Positions 37,240-48,022 are shown, counted from the first letter of the stretch. The stretch: DNA of 64,000 nucleotides from an uncultured Muribaculaceae bacterium (GCA_964369625.1 CAYJFC010000002.1:5502-69501), one strand, 5' to 3'. A program made the numbers and translations. Notes: generated by a model not told the origin, from the sequence alone.

Positions 37240-37659
37240 TTAACAACTAATAATTTTTTCTACCCAAAAATAATCTTTATTCTTAAAATCACAAACAAAT
37301 AAATTTGGATTTAAATATATTTTTTCAAATATATTTTTTTTATTGATATTTGTTTTTAGAGTTAAGTGAGTTAAATGGGTTTTTAATACTAATGTTTCAT
37401 CTCTGTATTTGTTATACACTTTATGTGAATTTTTATTCATCATATAAAAATCATTATCTTTAAAATTATCAAACAAAAATTTATTTACATCATTTTTTTG
37501 AAAAGGTACCGCTATTTGTTCAAATAAATTTAATCCTAAATTTATTTCATTTTTACCCATATAATAAATATTTTCTAAAGTTTGATATAAATTATAAGGA
37601 TTATCCTTTGTTAAAATTTTAAATTCTTTATTAATATAAAAAATGTAGAAAGTTCTCAT
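37240..37659 (-). CDS. SirA-like protein (sporulation inhibitor of replication; YneE/DUF2522-like), 139 aa.
   Basis: N-terminus MRTFYIFYINKEF versus B. subtilis SirA MERHYYTYLIKEEF. C-terminus VCDFKNKDYFWVEK versus AMDFNSKRYGWLNP. Adjacent to yneF, as in B. subtilis. Confidence 0.45.
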   Translation of the reverse strand: MRTFYIFYINKEFKILTKDNPYNLYQTLENIYYMGKNEINLGLNLFEQIAVPFQKNDVNKFLFDNFKDNDFYMMNKNSHKVYNKYRDETLVLKTHLTHLTLKTNINKKNIFEKIYLNPNLFVCDFKNKDYFWVEKIISC

Positions 37660-37745
37660 ATCTAATCACCATCTACATTTTAATATACATTAACTAATTA
37701 TTTTGTCGAATTAAAACTTTTTGTTCTAACTTTTGATAAGGTTTA

Positions 37746-38396
37746 TTACTTTTCTATTTCTACAAATCTAATTGTTTTTATTTTTTGTACTAAATTAGGT
37801 AAATCATTTCCATTAACTGGTGTTGATGCTATTTTATCTACTACATCCATTCCAGCTATAACTTTACCAAAAGATGCATATAAACCATCTAATGATGTTG
37901 CATCTTGGTGAACAATGAAAAATTGTGATGATGCTGAATCCATTGTTTCAGCAGTATCTGGATTACCACCACGTCTTGCCATTGATAATACTCCTCTTTC
38001 ATGAGATAAATTATTTTCTATACCATTTAATTCAAATTCACCTTTAATATTTTCATCAGATCCTCCTGTTCCATTACCTAGAGGGTCTCCTGTTTGAATC
38101 ATAAAGTTTTCAATAACTCTATGAAAAATTATGCCATCATAAAATTTTTCATCAATTAGTTTTTGCATATTAGCAACAGTTATTGGTGCCACTTCAGGAT
38201 ATAACTGTGCAATAATTATATCATCGTTTTCCATTTCAATTTTAATATAATTTGTAATTTCTTCAGTTTCTTTAAATTCCATATCTTCTATATTCCCTTC
38301 TGTAATATAAGTTACTTCTTCAGTACCACACCCAGTTATAAAAATTAAACTAAATGCAGTTATTATTGTTAATATTTTTTTCATTTTTTCCTCCAT
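37746..38396 (-). CDS. Cyclophilin-type peptidyl-prolyl isomerase lipoprotein.
   Basis: Lipobox LIFITGC. Cyclophilin motifs FHRVIENFMIQTGDP, GVLSMAR, SQFFIV. Confidence 0.8.
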   Translation of the reverse strand: MEEKMKKILTIITAFSLIFITGCGTEEVTYITEGNIEDMEFKETEEITNYIKIEMENDDIIIAQLYPEVAPITVANMQKLIDEKFYDGIIFHRVIENFMIQTGDPLGNGTGGSDENIKGEFELNGIENNLSHERGVLSMARRGGNPDTAETMDSASSQFFIVHQDATSLDGLYASFGKVIAGMDVVDKIASTPVNGNDLPNLVQKIKTIRFVEIEK

Positions 38397-40198
38397 ATTT
38401 TATCTAAAACAGATCTTATTTGATCTTTATTAAATGGCTTTGCTATATAATCTTCAAAACCCATATCAATATATTTGTTTTTCGAATTAGATGTTGCATC
38501 TGCAGTAAGAGCTACTACAGGTATATTAAATCCATCTATTTCTTTAAGTTTATAAAGTGTTTGCTCCCCATTTAATTCCGGCATCATTATATCCATTAAT
38601 ATTAAATCGTAATTATTACCATTTTTTATTAATTCTAAACATTCTATTCCCGATAAAGAATCTTCAATAGTTAAATTCAAATCTTTAAGAGCTCTTCTAG
38701 CCACTTTAATATTAAGTTCATTATCATCTACTATTAAAACCTTTTTATTATAATATAATTGACATTCTAATTCATTAGTATCTTTCTTTTCAATAACTGG
38801 AGCTTCCATTATGCTTATTTTTTGAGGTATTTGAACAACAAACAAAGATCCATGACCATAACTAGACTTAACATTTATTTTTCCATTTAAATGTTTAACT
38901 AACTTTTGAGTAATAGCAAGACCAAGTCCTGTTCCTTCAACAGTGGAGTTTTTCTCAGCATCGAGTCTTTCAAATTTTGTAAAAAGTTTACTAATATTTT
39001 CTTCTTTTATTCCTTTACCAGTATCTTCAACACTAAGAATCAATAAACATTTATTATTATTATTTATACATCTAAGAGATATTTTAACTGATCCCGATTC
39101 AGTATATTTATACGCATTAGATATCAAATTATTAACAACTTGCTTCACATGATTTTTATCGCCTATAAGTTCATATGGAATATCTGGTGCATATGTTACT
39201 GATACTTTTATATCTTTATTAGCAATTCTAATTTCATTAACTTTCATTACACTATCTACTACTTCAATGATATTGTAATTTAATTCAACTCTTTCAAGTT
39301 TGTCACTTTCTATTTTTGAAATATCTATAATATTTCCAACTATTTCTAAAAGAGTATTAGAAGCATTTACTATATCAGAAGTATCTTCTTTTAATTCTTT
39401 AGGCAATATTTTATTTTCTAACATATCTTGTGATAAACCTACTATTGCATTTAGAGGTGTTCTTATTTCATGGCTCATACTCGATAAAAAATCCGACTTT
39501 GCTAGATTAGCTTTTTCTGCAGTTTTTTTCGCTTTATTTAATTGCTCTATCATTTTAACATCAGGATTTTCTATTGTATGGTACATTATGAATGTTACAA
39601 ACGTTAAAGGAGTTGAAACAAATACTAAAGTAGGAACATATATTCTTAATAGTAAAGTTACTATTGCTAAAAAAAGCAACACATATATTGGAATATATTG
39701 TTTAATAACTTTTCTTTTACTATTTAATATTGTTAATACTATTGTCAAAACTAAATACCAAGCAATAAATCCGTACATTAAGTATATAGATAAACCACTT
39801 GCGGTCATAGTATTGTTATCATTTATTAATTCAAATGGCAAAAATTGTGTAACTATAATAAAAATTGTATTTATTAAAGTCATCCATTTGGCTAAAGTTT
39901 TATAATTTTTTTCTTTTTTACAACTCAAATTATATACATATAAGAATAGCGTAGCACACCAAATTAACACTAATATCATCGCACATCTATTGAAAATTTC
40001 AATTAAAGTGCTACCAGGAAAAAAATAATTACAAAATACAGTTAAACTTTCCGCTACAGCAATTAATAAACTTGCTATTAATATATTCGAATACAATTTC
40101 GTCTCATTATTTACTAATTTTTCTTTAGCAAAAAATAAAATTGCAACAAATATAGCTATGCACACACTTATAACTGGATACATTAAATTATAATACAT
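38381..40198 (-). CDS. Hybrid sensor histidine kinase (6 TM, HisKA, HATPase, C-terminal receiver), 605 aa.
   Basis: H-box SHEIRTPLNAI. G-boxes DTGKGI, GTGLGL. REC domain with DIMMPELNG. Perfect SD AGGAGG. Confidence 0.8.
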   Translation of the reverse strand: MYYNLMYPVISVCIAIFVAILFFAKEKLVNNETKLYSNILIASLLIAVAESLTVFCNYFFPGSTLIEIFNRCAMILVLIWCATLFLYVYNLSCKKEKNYKTLAKWMTLINTIFIIVTQFLPFELINDNNTMTASGLSIYLMYGFIAWYLVLTIVLTILNSKRKVIKQYIPIYVLLFLAIVTLLLRIYVPTLVFVSTPLTFVTFIMYHTIENPDVKMIEQLNKAKKTAEKANLAKSDFLSSMSHEIRTPLNAIVGLSQDMLENKILPKELKEDTSDIVNASNTLLEIVGNIIDISKIESDKLERVELNYNIIEVVDSVMKVNEIRIANKDIKVSVTYAPDIPYELIGDKNHVKQVVNNLISNAYKYTESGSVKISLRCINNNNKCLLILSVEDTGKGIKEENISKLFTKFERLDAEKNSTVEGTGLGLAITQKLVKHLNGKINVKSSYGHGSLFVVQIPQKISIMEAPVIEKKDTNELECQLYYNKKVLIVDDNELNIKVARRALKDLNLTIEDSLSGIECLELIKNGNNYDLILMDIMMPELNGEQTLYKLKEIDGFNIPVVALTADATSNSKNKYIDMGFEDYIAKPFNKDQIRSVLDKIWRKK

Positions 40199-40210
40199 TT
40201 TATTCCTCCT

Positions 40211-40825
40211 TTAATTACATAAATCTGTAATATCAATTTTTACAACTTTATAATTGTTTTTTACCCCGCATATGGACATATATGCGGTATTTATTTTTTT
40301 TGTAGTTATATACAAATTATTAAATTCAATTAAATTAGATAAATAATCTAGTTCAATTTCATTAGCAGGATATGTTAATCCTTTTCCGTTATATTTTATA
40401 AATGATTCTTTGATTGTCCAAACTTTAGTAAGAAACTCCAAATCATTAATAAAATCATTATATTTATTGATATCATTTACGGACAACATGTAATTTATCA
40501 TATTATCCGTAAAATCAGAAACATTTTCTATATCTATACCAATATCATTATTATCTATACCAACTACTACAAATCCATTAGTATGACTAATATTAAATTT
40601 AATATCTGAATTTATAAATTCAGGTTTTTCATTAGAGTTAGTAATATAATCTACTTCAAAGCCAACTAATTTTTTTAATAACAAATAGGCTACCACACAA
40701 TTTATTTTATCCGATAACTTGATATAAGACATGAATTTTTTCATTCTGTATACTGGCATATCTACAGCTTTATTTAATAGGTCAACATATTTGTTATAAT
40801 CATCAATTTCACAATAATATATCAT
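40211..40825 (-). CDS. Sfp-type 4'-phosphopantetheinyl transferase (204 aa). Start codon abuts the NRPS stop.
   Basis: PPTase motifs GIDIE and WTIKESFIKYNGKGL. TAAATG junction with the NRPS gene. Confidence 0.7.
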   Translation of the reverse strand: MIYYCEIDDYNKYVDLLNKAVDMPVYRMKKFMSYIKLSDKINCVVAYLLLKKLVGFEVDYITNSNEKPEFINSDIKFNISHTNGFVVVGIDNNDIGIDIENVSDFTDNMINYMLSVNDINKYNDFINDLEFLTKVWTIKESFIKYNGKGLTYPANEIELDYLSNLIEFNNLYITTKKINTAYMSICGVKNNYKVVKIDITDLCN

Positions 40826-43800
40826 TTATTTAAACCTTAAATTTTTTTTATTTAACTCTTTTTGAGTGATTTCATTTGATATAGAATTTGTTGTTTGATT
40901 ATTCATAAAGCCATTTAAATATTTATAAACTATAACACTATCTCCCTCTTTATTGTCTAATAATTTATTAGCTATTATCATAAATTCTTCATCTTTTAAA
41001 ATTTTATAATTTATTTTTTTATAATCTAAATAATCAAATAAACCTTCAGTATATGGATCAAATAAATGATAAGTTTTTAATTTATTTTGGTCTTCAGATA
41101 ATTCAACAACCGCTTGTGCTATTTTATCAACCGGAGCTGTTTGAATCTTTACATTTACTGCTGATTCTGGAACTACTCCAATTTTTTGAATCATATTAAC
41201 AATCATTTGAAATGCACTTGTATCTTCATTTATTTGAAATTTATTATCATAACTTCTACTACCTATATAACCTGTTCTATATATACTGTAATTCAAATTT
41301 TTAGATTCAAACATTTTTAATAATTCTTCAGCTTTATATTTACTTAACATATAGGCATCATGAGAATAATCTTGACCAATATTTAAATCATTTTCTGTGA
41401 AATTAACATTGTTTATTGTTTGCTCAGAAACATTTATTCCTGAAACTGTAATAGTAGACATATGTTCTAAACTTGCACCTATTTCAAGTGCCATTTTTGA
41501 CATATTATATATTCCGTCAACATTATCTTTTTTTGCTTCTTCTACTGAAGCAAAATGACTAACATTAGCAGCGCAATTTATTATTCTTCCTACATTATTT
41601 TTGACATTTAATAAATCACTTTCTCCTAAACCTAAATTGGTTTTAGAAATATCTCCAGTAATAACTCTAATTCTACTATTATCTAGCTCTATTTTATCAT
41701 CAAAATAAAATTTTAATGCTTTTTTAAATTTTTCTACATCCCTTATCAAACAATAAATATTACATTCTTTGTTATTAATAATATATTCTAAAATATGACT
41801 TCCTAAATATCCTCCCGCTCCCGTTAATAAGATATCATTTTTGTTATTATTAACACCTGGAACTATTGAGGCGATATCATATTCTTTTAAATCTATATTT
41901 TTATATGTTTTTCTATTTTCTAAAACTTCAACCATATCATATATTGTTGGATTTTTTGCAAAATCTACCGGACCTAGTGTTTTTTTCATTATTTTAGATA
42001 TATCAGAAATAATATCTATTAATATTCTTGAGTCACCTCCAAATGATGAAAAAGTTGTATGTATGCCAACTGGTTTATAATTAAATTGTTTTTCCCAGAT
42101 ATTACAAATTATTTTTTGCAACTCTGTTTCAGGTGCTATATAAGAAGCTTTTAAAGATTCATACAAATCAAATTCAGGTAATCTTTTTTTATCTACTTTC
42201 CCTGATGCAGTTAACGGCATTTTATCTATTTTGACAAATATTTGTGGTATCATATTACTTTTTAATTTTTTACTCAGGTTTCTTCTAATATCTTCGTCAT
42301 CTATCGTTTTATCACCTTCATAAAAACATAATAAATATTTGTGATTGTTTGTTTCTTCTACTCTAACTGCAGCTAGTTTTATATCACTATATCCATTAAC
42401 AGCTATTTCAATTTCTCCAAGTTCTATACGAACACCATTTATTTTAATTTGATTATCTCTTCTTCCACAAAAAACAAGTTCATTATTTGTATTTAAACAA
42501 GCAAAATCCCCTGATTTATACGACATATTACCTGATTTTTTATCTCTTAAAAACACTTTTTTATTTTCTTCTGGATTATTTATATAACCTGCTGAAACTC
42601 CTGGGCCAATAATCACCATTTCCCCAATGTTATTAGGTGGTAAAACATTGTTGCATTCATCAATTAAATATATTTTGAAATTATTAGCAGGTCTTCCTAT
42701 AGATATATTATCAACTTCTACTTGTTTAATTGTATTAAATACAGTTGTTTCTGTTGGACCATATGTATTATAAACTTTAGGATTGCCACATTTATCATTT
42801 ATTAAATTTAAAATTTCATTATCAAACTTCTCTCCACCCAGTATAATAACATCTACATTTTTATACGATTCATCATTTATATTTTTTAAATTCATCTTTA
42901 TTGTAGTAGGAGTTTGCATTAAAACTGTTTTATTTTCACTTTTTACTATTTGCGCTAATTTTGATGAACTTGATAATTCCTCATAGGTAGGTAACACCAA
43001 TTTTTTCCCAGATAATAAAGGAGACATTACATCCATTAAAAATGCATCAAAATTTATTTTTGTTAAACTAATAAAAGTTTTAGCGTCACCTGTTAAATCA
43101 GAAACGTTGTTAAACATATTAACAACTCCAACATCTTTTATTAAAGATATTTTAGGATTACCTGTTGAGCCAGAGGTATGCAGGGCACAAAATATCGAGT
43201 CTGAATTTTTTCTAACTCTTTGATAAGAAATGTTATTTTCTAAACCACAATAAGTTCTCATATCAAATTTATTTAAGTTAAAATTAATATAATTACTACC
43301 ATAATGAATTACTGTATGCGCTTTAATATCTTCTAACATGGTTGTTATTTTTTCTTCAGGTAATTCAGCTTCATCTAAAAGAAAATATGCTTTACCTATT
43401 TTACTAATAGCAAGCAAACTTATTATTGTATAATAACTTTTATCGCCAACAACTGGTACGATATCCATATTGTCTAAATTAAGTTTACTTAGTTCATTTG
43501 CTAAATTATTAGCATCATTATTTATTTGCTCATAAGTATATTCTTTATCCTTAAATTTTATAGCTACCTCATTTGGATTATTAAATACAATATCATCAAA
43601 AATATCTAATACTGTTTTATTTATTTCATATGATAAATTATTATTTAATTCTTCATATTTTTTTAAATCTTTTGAAATTAATAACTGAATATCAGATAAC
43701 TTAATATTTGGATTTTTAATAACTTGTTTTGACACTAAAATAATTCTTTGTAAAATATCATTCACTTCTTCTTCATTAAACAAATCTGTTTTATAATCAA

Positions 43801-44959
43801 AATTCATTCTAAAACCAGTGCCATCACGATCATCTATATTAATAACCATTTCATTTAACAAGCATTCAGTAAAATACCACCCTGTTTCAAATTCGATATC
43901 AGTATTATTTTTAACTATTTGAGAAGGTTGATATGAAACTGCAACGTCATATAATTTTCCACCATATTTATGTTTTTCCTTTAAATCTTTTTGTAAAGCA
44001 GTAAATGGATATGATTGTCTTTTTAGTAAATTAAATTTTTCTTTTTTGATATATTTTGAAAATTCTGAAAATGTCAAATTATCATCTATAGTTACTTGAA
44101 AAGGTTGCGTATTAACAAACATTCCAAAAATTTGTCTTTCCTTCGCATTAGTTCTATTTAAAACAGGTGATCCAACTGATACATTTTTATTATTATTAAT
44201 TTTTCTTAAATATATTAATATTATTTTTTCAAAAAACAACGCTTCAGATATACTATTTTCACTACAAAAAGTTTTTATATCATTTGAAAATTCTTTTCCC
44301 AAATCTTTCGTATATCTTTTAGCAGCAATATTATTACTATCGTTTATAGCAAATTTTGATACAACGGGTTCACTTTGATACAAATTATCATAAGTTTCTT
44401 TATCTTTATCAAATTGTTTTTCTAAATACTGTTTTTCTCTGTCTATTAGCATTTCATACGAATATAATTTTTCAATTTCATATTCTTCATTTTTAAGTAA
44501 TTTCGAATATATATCTATTATTTTTTGACAAGTTAAAGCAGCAGTATAACCATCTGCTATTAAATGACTAACTTTCCAGTAAACACCGAATTTTCTATCT
44601 GATAACTTTAATAATTTGAAGTTAATTAATTCATCGTTCACAAAAATTTCTTTAGCCCATTTGTGGTATAAATTTTGTCTTTCTTGTTCAGATATATCAC
44701 TTAAATCAAGTTTTTCGAAATTTTGAAATTCGTAGTTTGAAAAAAATTGATAAACTTCTCCATTTTCTTCTTTTATCTTTATTCTATAAGCATCATATAA
44801 TTCAAACAACTTATTAACTGTTCTATTTAATTTTTCAAAATCTAATTCAATATTATCTACAAATAATTGTCCTGCTAAATTACCTATTTCTTGGCTTTTA
44901 GCAAATTTCATTGACTCCCAAATATTTTTTTGGGAGTTAGTTAATTCATATTTTTTCAT
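40826..44959 (-). CDS. Single-module non-ribosomal peptide synthetase, C-A-T-R (1377 aa).
   Basis: C motif SHLIADG. A-domain cores LHTSGSTGNPK, NTYGPTETTV, GEMVIIGPGVSAGY, YKSGDFA, GRRDNQIKINGVRIELGEIE, PLTASGKVDKKRL. T motif FGGDS. R-domain TGAGGYLGSH and YMLSKYKAE. Confidence 0.9.
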   Translation of the reverse strand: MKKYELTNSQKNIWESMKFAKSQEIGNLAGQLFVDNIELDFEKLNRTVNKLFELYDAYRIKIKEENGEVYQFFSNYEFQNFEKLDLSDISEQERQNLYHKWAKEIFVNDELINFKLLKLSDRKFGVYWKVSHLIADGYTAALTCQKIIDIYSKLLKNEEYEIEKLYSYEMLIDREKQYLEKQFDKDKETYDNLYQSEPVVSKFAINDSNNIAAKRYTKDLGKEFSNDIKTFCSENSISEALFFEKIILIYLRKINNNKNVSVGSPVLNRTNAKERQIFGMFVNTQPFQVTIDDNLTFSEFSKYIKKEKFNLLKRQSYPFTALQKDLKEKHKYGGKLYDVAVSYQPSQIVKNNTDIEFETGWYFTECLLNEMVINIDDRDGTGFRMNFDYKTDLFNEEEVNDILQRIILVSKQVIKNPNIKLSDIQLLISKDLKKYEELNNNLSYEINKTVLDIFDDIVFNNPNEVAIKFKDKEYTYEQINNDANNLANELSKLNLDNMDIVPVVGDKSYYTIISLLAISKIGKAYFLLDEAELPEEKITTMLEDIKAHTVIHYGSNYINFNLNKFDMRTYCGLENNISYQRVRKNSDSIFCALHTSGSTGNPKISLIKDVGVVNMFNNVSDLTGDAKTFISLTKINFDAFLMDVMSPLLSGKKLVLPTYEELSSSSKLAQIVKSENKTVLMQTPTTIKMNLKNINDESYKNVDVIILGGEKFDNEILNLINDKCGNPKVYNTYGPTETTVFNTIKQVEVDNISIGRPANNFKIYLIDECNNVLPPNNIGEMVIIGPGVSAGYINNPEENKKVFLRDKKSGNMSYKSGDFACLNTNNELVFCGRRDNQIKINGVRIELGEIEIAVNGYSDIKLAAVRVEETNNHKYLLCFYEGDKTIDDEDIRRNLSKKLKSNMIPQIFVKIDKMPLTASGKVDKKRLPEFDLYESLKASYIAPETELQKIICNIWEKQFNYKPVGIHTTFSSFGGDSRILIDIISDISKIMKKTLGPVDFAKNPTIYDMVEVLENRKTYKNIDLKEYDIASIVPGVNNNKNDILLTGAGGYLGSHILEYIINNKECNIYCLIRDVEKFKKALKFYFDDKIELDNSRIRVITGDISKTNLGLGESDLLNVKNNVGRIINCAANVSHFASVEEAKKDNVDGIYNMSKMALEIGASLEHMSTITVSGINVSEQTINNVNFTENDLNIGQDYSHDAYMLSKYKAEELLKMFESKNLNYSIYRTGYIGSRSYDNKFQINEDTSAFQMIVNMIQKIGVVPESAVNVKIQTAPVDKIAQAVVELSEDQNKLKTYHLFDPYTEGLFDYLDYKKINYKILKDEEFMIIANKLLDNKEGDSVIVYKYLNGFMNNQTTNSISNEITQKELNKKNLRFK

Positions 44960-45091
44960 AATTACCCTATTCTATTTACTACACTAATATAAATATATCA
45001 TAATTCGACATTTTTTTAAAGATAATTAATATAATAAATTTATTTTTCCAAATATTGGCTTAGCAATTTGTTTTATTATATATTACAATAC

Positions 45092-45103
45092 AAACAAAGG
45101 TTT
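45092..45103. promoter_or_regulatory. Candidate LexA (SOS) box AAACAAAGGTTT overlapping the dinB RBS region.
   Basis: AAAC-N4-GTTT inverted repeat. Resembles GAAC-N4-GTTC/T Cheo boxes and the box upstream of lexA. Confidence 0.35.
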
Positions 45104-45113
45104 GGTGAATAAA

Positions 45114-46361
45114 ATGAATAGAAGCATCTTATGTATTGATTTAAAAAGTTTTTATGCTTTTGTAGAATGTAACAAAAGAGGTTTAAATCCTTATAAAACC
45201 CCTTTAGTTGTAGCAAATATTAAACAAGGTAATGGTTCCATTACCTTAGCAATAACTCCATATATGAAAAAATTAGGAATTAAATCAAGATCAAGATTAT
45301 TTGAAATACCAAGTAATATTAATTATATAACAGCTTCACCTAGAATGAGTTTGTATATAGAAAAAAGTAAAGAAGTCATAGATATTTATCTAGATTTTGT
45401 ATCTAAAGATGACTTACACGTATATTCCATAGATGAAGCATTTCTTGATGTAACAGATTATTTAAAATATTATAACAAAAATGAGTACGAAATTGCTAAA
45501 ATGATATTAAAAAATGTAAAGAAAAAAACTGGGCTTGATGCTACATGCGGAATAGGCCCTAACTTATTTTTAGCTAAAGTAGCTTTAGATACCGAAGCTA
45601 AAAATAATAAAGATAATATAGCAAAATGGAGTTATGATGATATTCAAAAAAAGCTATGGTCCATTACTCCCCTTTCAAAAATGTGGGGAATTGGCTTTAG
45701 AATAGAAAAAAAATTAAATAATCTTGGGATAATAACTGTTGGTGATTTAGCGGTATTTGACAAAGACAAACTAAAAAAATTATATGGTGTTATTGGCGAA
45801 GAATTACATGAACACGCTAATGGCATTGATGAAAGCGTCATTAGTAAACATGAATATCGCAGTAAATCAAGCACTATTAGCAATAGTCAAATATTATTTA
45901 AGGATTATTATTATAACAATGTACAATTAATCATTAAGGAAATGCTTGAAACACTAACATATAGATTAAGAAATAATAATAAAATGTGTGGTAATATAGG
46001 TCTTGGAATAACTTACTCTAAAGATATTAGCGACTCATTTTATAGAGTATTAAAATTAGATACTTATACAGATGATATAAATCACTTATTTAAATATACT
46101 TTGATAATTCTTGATAAATACATAAAAGACTATCCTATTAGAAAAGTATCTATTTCACTTGGCAATTTATCAAATAAATGTGGTTTTCAATTATCTTTAT
46201 TTGATAATAATACTTTATATGAAAAAAATAGCAAATTAAATACCTCTCTTGATATTTTAAAAAATAAATATAATAAAAATATTGTAAATAATGCAACATC
46301 ACTATTATCTGACTCTACTCAAATTGATAGGAATAATAAAATAGGAGGTCACTGGGCATAA
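45114..46361 (+). CDS. Y-family DNA polymerase (DinB/UvrX-like).
   Basis: N-terminus ILCIDLKSFYAFVE (compare ILHVDMDAFFASVE). Catalytic SIDEAFLDV. ATG at 45114 is preferred over the track TTG. Confidence 0.8.
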   Translation: MNRSILCIDLKSFYAFVECNKRGLNPYKTPLVVANIKQGNGSITLAITPYMKKLGIKSRSRLFEIPSNINYITASPRMSLYIEKSKEVIDIYLDFVSKDDLHVYSIDEAFLDVTDYLKYYNKNEYEIAKMILKNVKKKTGLDATCGIGPNLFLAKVALDTEAKNNKDNIAKWSYDDIQKKLWSITPLSKMWGIGFRIEKKLNNLGIITVGDLAVFDKDKLKKLYGVIGEELHEHANGIDESVISKHEYRSKSSTISNSQILFKDYYYNNVQLIIKEMLETLTYRLRNNNKMCGNIGLGITYSKDISDSFYRVLKLDTYTDDINHLFKYTLIILDKYIKDYPIRKVSISLGNLSNKCGFQLSLFDNNTLYEKNSKLNTSLDILKNKYNKNIVNNATSLLSDSTQIDRNNKIGGHWA

Positions 46362-46672
46362 TGAAAAGAAAAATGATAAAATGGATTGCTTTTGATTCTG
46401 TTATAAATTCAAAAAAGGTAGTTGCAGATTTATCTAATAAAAAAATGAATAAGCCAATGCCTATTTTAAGCAATGAACAATTTGAAGAAATAGAATATAA
46501 TTTACTTAAAGCATTTAGTACAAAAGCTAAAATTAAAATAATATATTACCAAGATAATAAATGGTTAGAAATTACCAGTCATATTAAACATATTGACAAT
46601 ATAAAAAAAATTATCATTACAGATAATTTCAGTTTATATTTTCATCAAATTATTAGTATTAAATTAGTTTAA
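46361..46672 (+). CDS. YolD-like protein (UmuD-analog partner of Y-family polymerases), 103 aa.
   Basis: Size and position overlapping dinB by 1 nt (TAATG), as in uvrX-yolD / yqjW-yqjX pairs. Confidence 0.55.
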   Translation: MKRKMIKWIAFDSVINSKKVVADLSNKKMNKPMPILSNEQFEEIEYNLLKAFSTKAKIKIIYYQDNKWLEITSHIKHIDNIKKIIITDNFSLYFHQIISIKLV

Positions 46673-47791
46673 TTTATTTAAGATATAATCACATATTAAT
46701 TCAGATGAATCTTTTTTTGAATTATTAATTAATCTTCTTTTATATTTGGATAATACATTAGGTTTTAAAAATTCATTGATATGCTTATTTAAATTAACTT
46801 TTCTTCTTGAAAAAGTACCAAATCCTTCTTTTTTAATATATTTAATATTATATCTTTCTTGTCCGCCTAAACCAGGAATTAAAATCATTGGCAAATTAAA
46901 CCCCATACATTCGGTAATTGTTGCTCCTCCGGGTTTAGTTATAACAAAATCTGATATATTCATTAAATTGTAGATATCAGTAGTAAAACCAAGAACTACT
47001 ACATTAGTTAATTTATTTTTTTGAACAAAAGCATCACATTTATTTTTTAGTTCTTCATTTTTTCCACTTATAAAGATTATATTTGCATTACGCTGCGCAA
47101 TTACTACATTTTTAAAATATTCATAGTAAGTAAGTGAACCTGCAGTGCTTCCGCCAAAAAATAAAATAACTGGCATATTATTATTGACTTTATATTTATT
47201 TTTTATAAGTTTTCTATGTTTTAGATTACGCATTTTATCACTTTGAAGTGGTATTCCATAAGCGAATATTTTGTTTTTTTCAACACCAAATTTAATAAGT
47301 TCTTCTTTAACAATATTATTCGCAACAAAAAACACATCTTTTTTTCTATGGTGTGATAACCATTCACTATGTGAAGCATAATCTGTTAAAATTGTAGATA
47401 TTTTAGAACTAATTATTTTTTTCTCATTATAATATGATGCTAAAGTTGCACCATAAAAATGAGTTGCGATTACTACATCGGGATCAAACTTTACAAAAGC
47501 ATCCCTAATTTCTGAATTATCAAAAAACAATTTAGAAATCTTTTTTTGAGATAAAGATGTTAGCTTATTATCAATAAGTTCATAACCAGCATTATACAAA
47601 GTTTCTGTTCGATATTTTATAACGAAATCAAATACTTTAAAACTGGCTTTGCCTAAAATATTTGCAAAATTCGTTATATCTAACATCTCTACTAATACAT
47701 TTTTATTTTTACTTAATTTATCATATATATTATTTGCAACACTTTTATGACCAGAGCCATACATTGCATACACAATTAAAACTTTTTTCAT
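46664..47791 (-). CDS. MGDG-synthase/UgtP-like diacylglycerol glycosyltransferase (375 aa).
   Basis: N-terminus KVLIVYAMYGSGHKSVA. C-terminal GT-B domain (GGS...FITKPGGATITE). Confidence 0.7.
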   Translation of the reverse strand: MKKVLIVYAMYGSGHKSVANNIYDKLSKNKNVLVEMLDITNFANILGKASFKVFDFVIKYRTETLYNAGYELIDNKLTSLSQKKISKLFFDNSEIRDAFVKFDPDVVIATHFYGATLASYYNEKKIISSKISTILTDYASHSEWLSHHRKKDVFFVANNIVKEELIKFGVEKNKIFAYGIPLQSDKMRNLKHRKLIKNKYKVNNNMPVILFFGGSTAGSLTYYEYFKNVVIAQRNANIIFISGKNEELKNKCDAFVQKNKLTNVVVLGFTTDIYNLMNISDFVITKPGGATITECMGFNLPMILIPGLGGQERYNIKYIKKEGFGTFSRRKVNLNKHINEFLKPNVLSKYKRRLINNSKKDSSELICDYILNKLN

Positions 47792-47835
47792 ATACTCTCC
47801 ATAATATATATATCATATTTTATATTTTTAATCAA

Positions 47836-47979
47836 TTAATTATTGTATGCATATAAGTCAGTATCCATATTTTTTACTGAATTCAAATCCTCAAATCTAG
47901 CATTTACTAATAAAACACAAATTAATATAAATATATAAAATAAAATTACTCCTGTGTACTCTTTAATCATTTTTTCCAT
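47836..47979 (-). CDS. Possible small membrane protein (47 aa).
   Basis: ATG at 47979 with SD GAAGG. One TM (VILFYIFILICVLLV). Confidence 0.3.
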   Translation of the reverse strand: MEKMIKEYTGVILFYIFILICVLLVNARFEDLNSVKNMDTDLYAYNN

Positions 47980-48010
47980 GTTATACCTTCTTTCACATTT
48001 ATAATAACAC

Positions 48011-48022
48011 AAACAATTGTTC
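48011..48022. promoter_or_regulatory. Candidate LexA autoregulatory box AAACAATTGTTC upstream of lexA.
   Basis: One mismatch from GAAC-N4-GTTC. About 25 bp upstream of the lexA -35. Confidence 0.4.
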
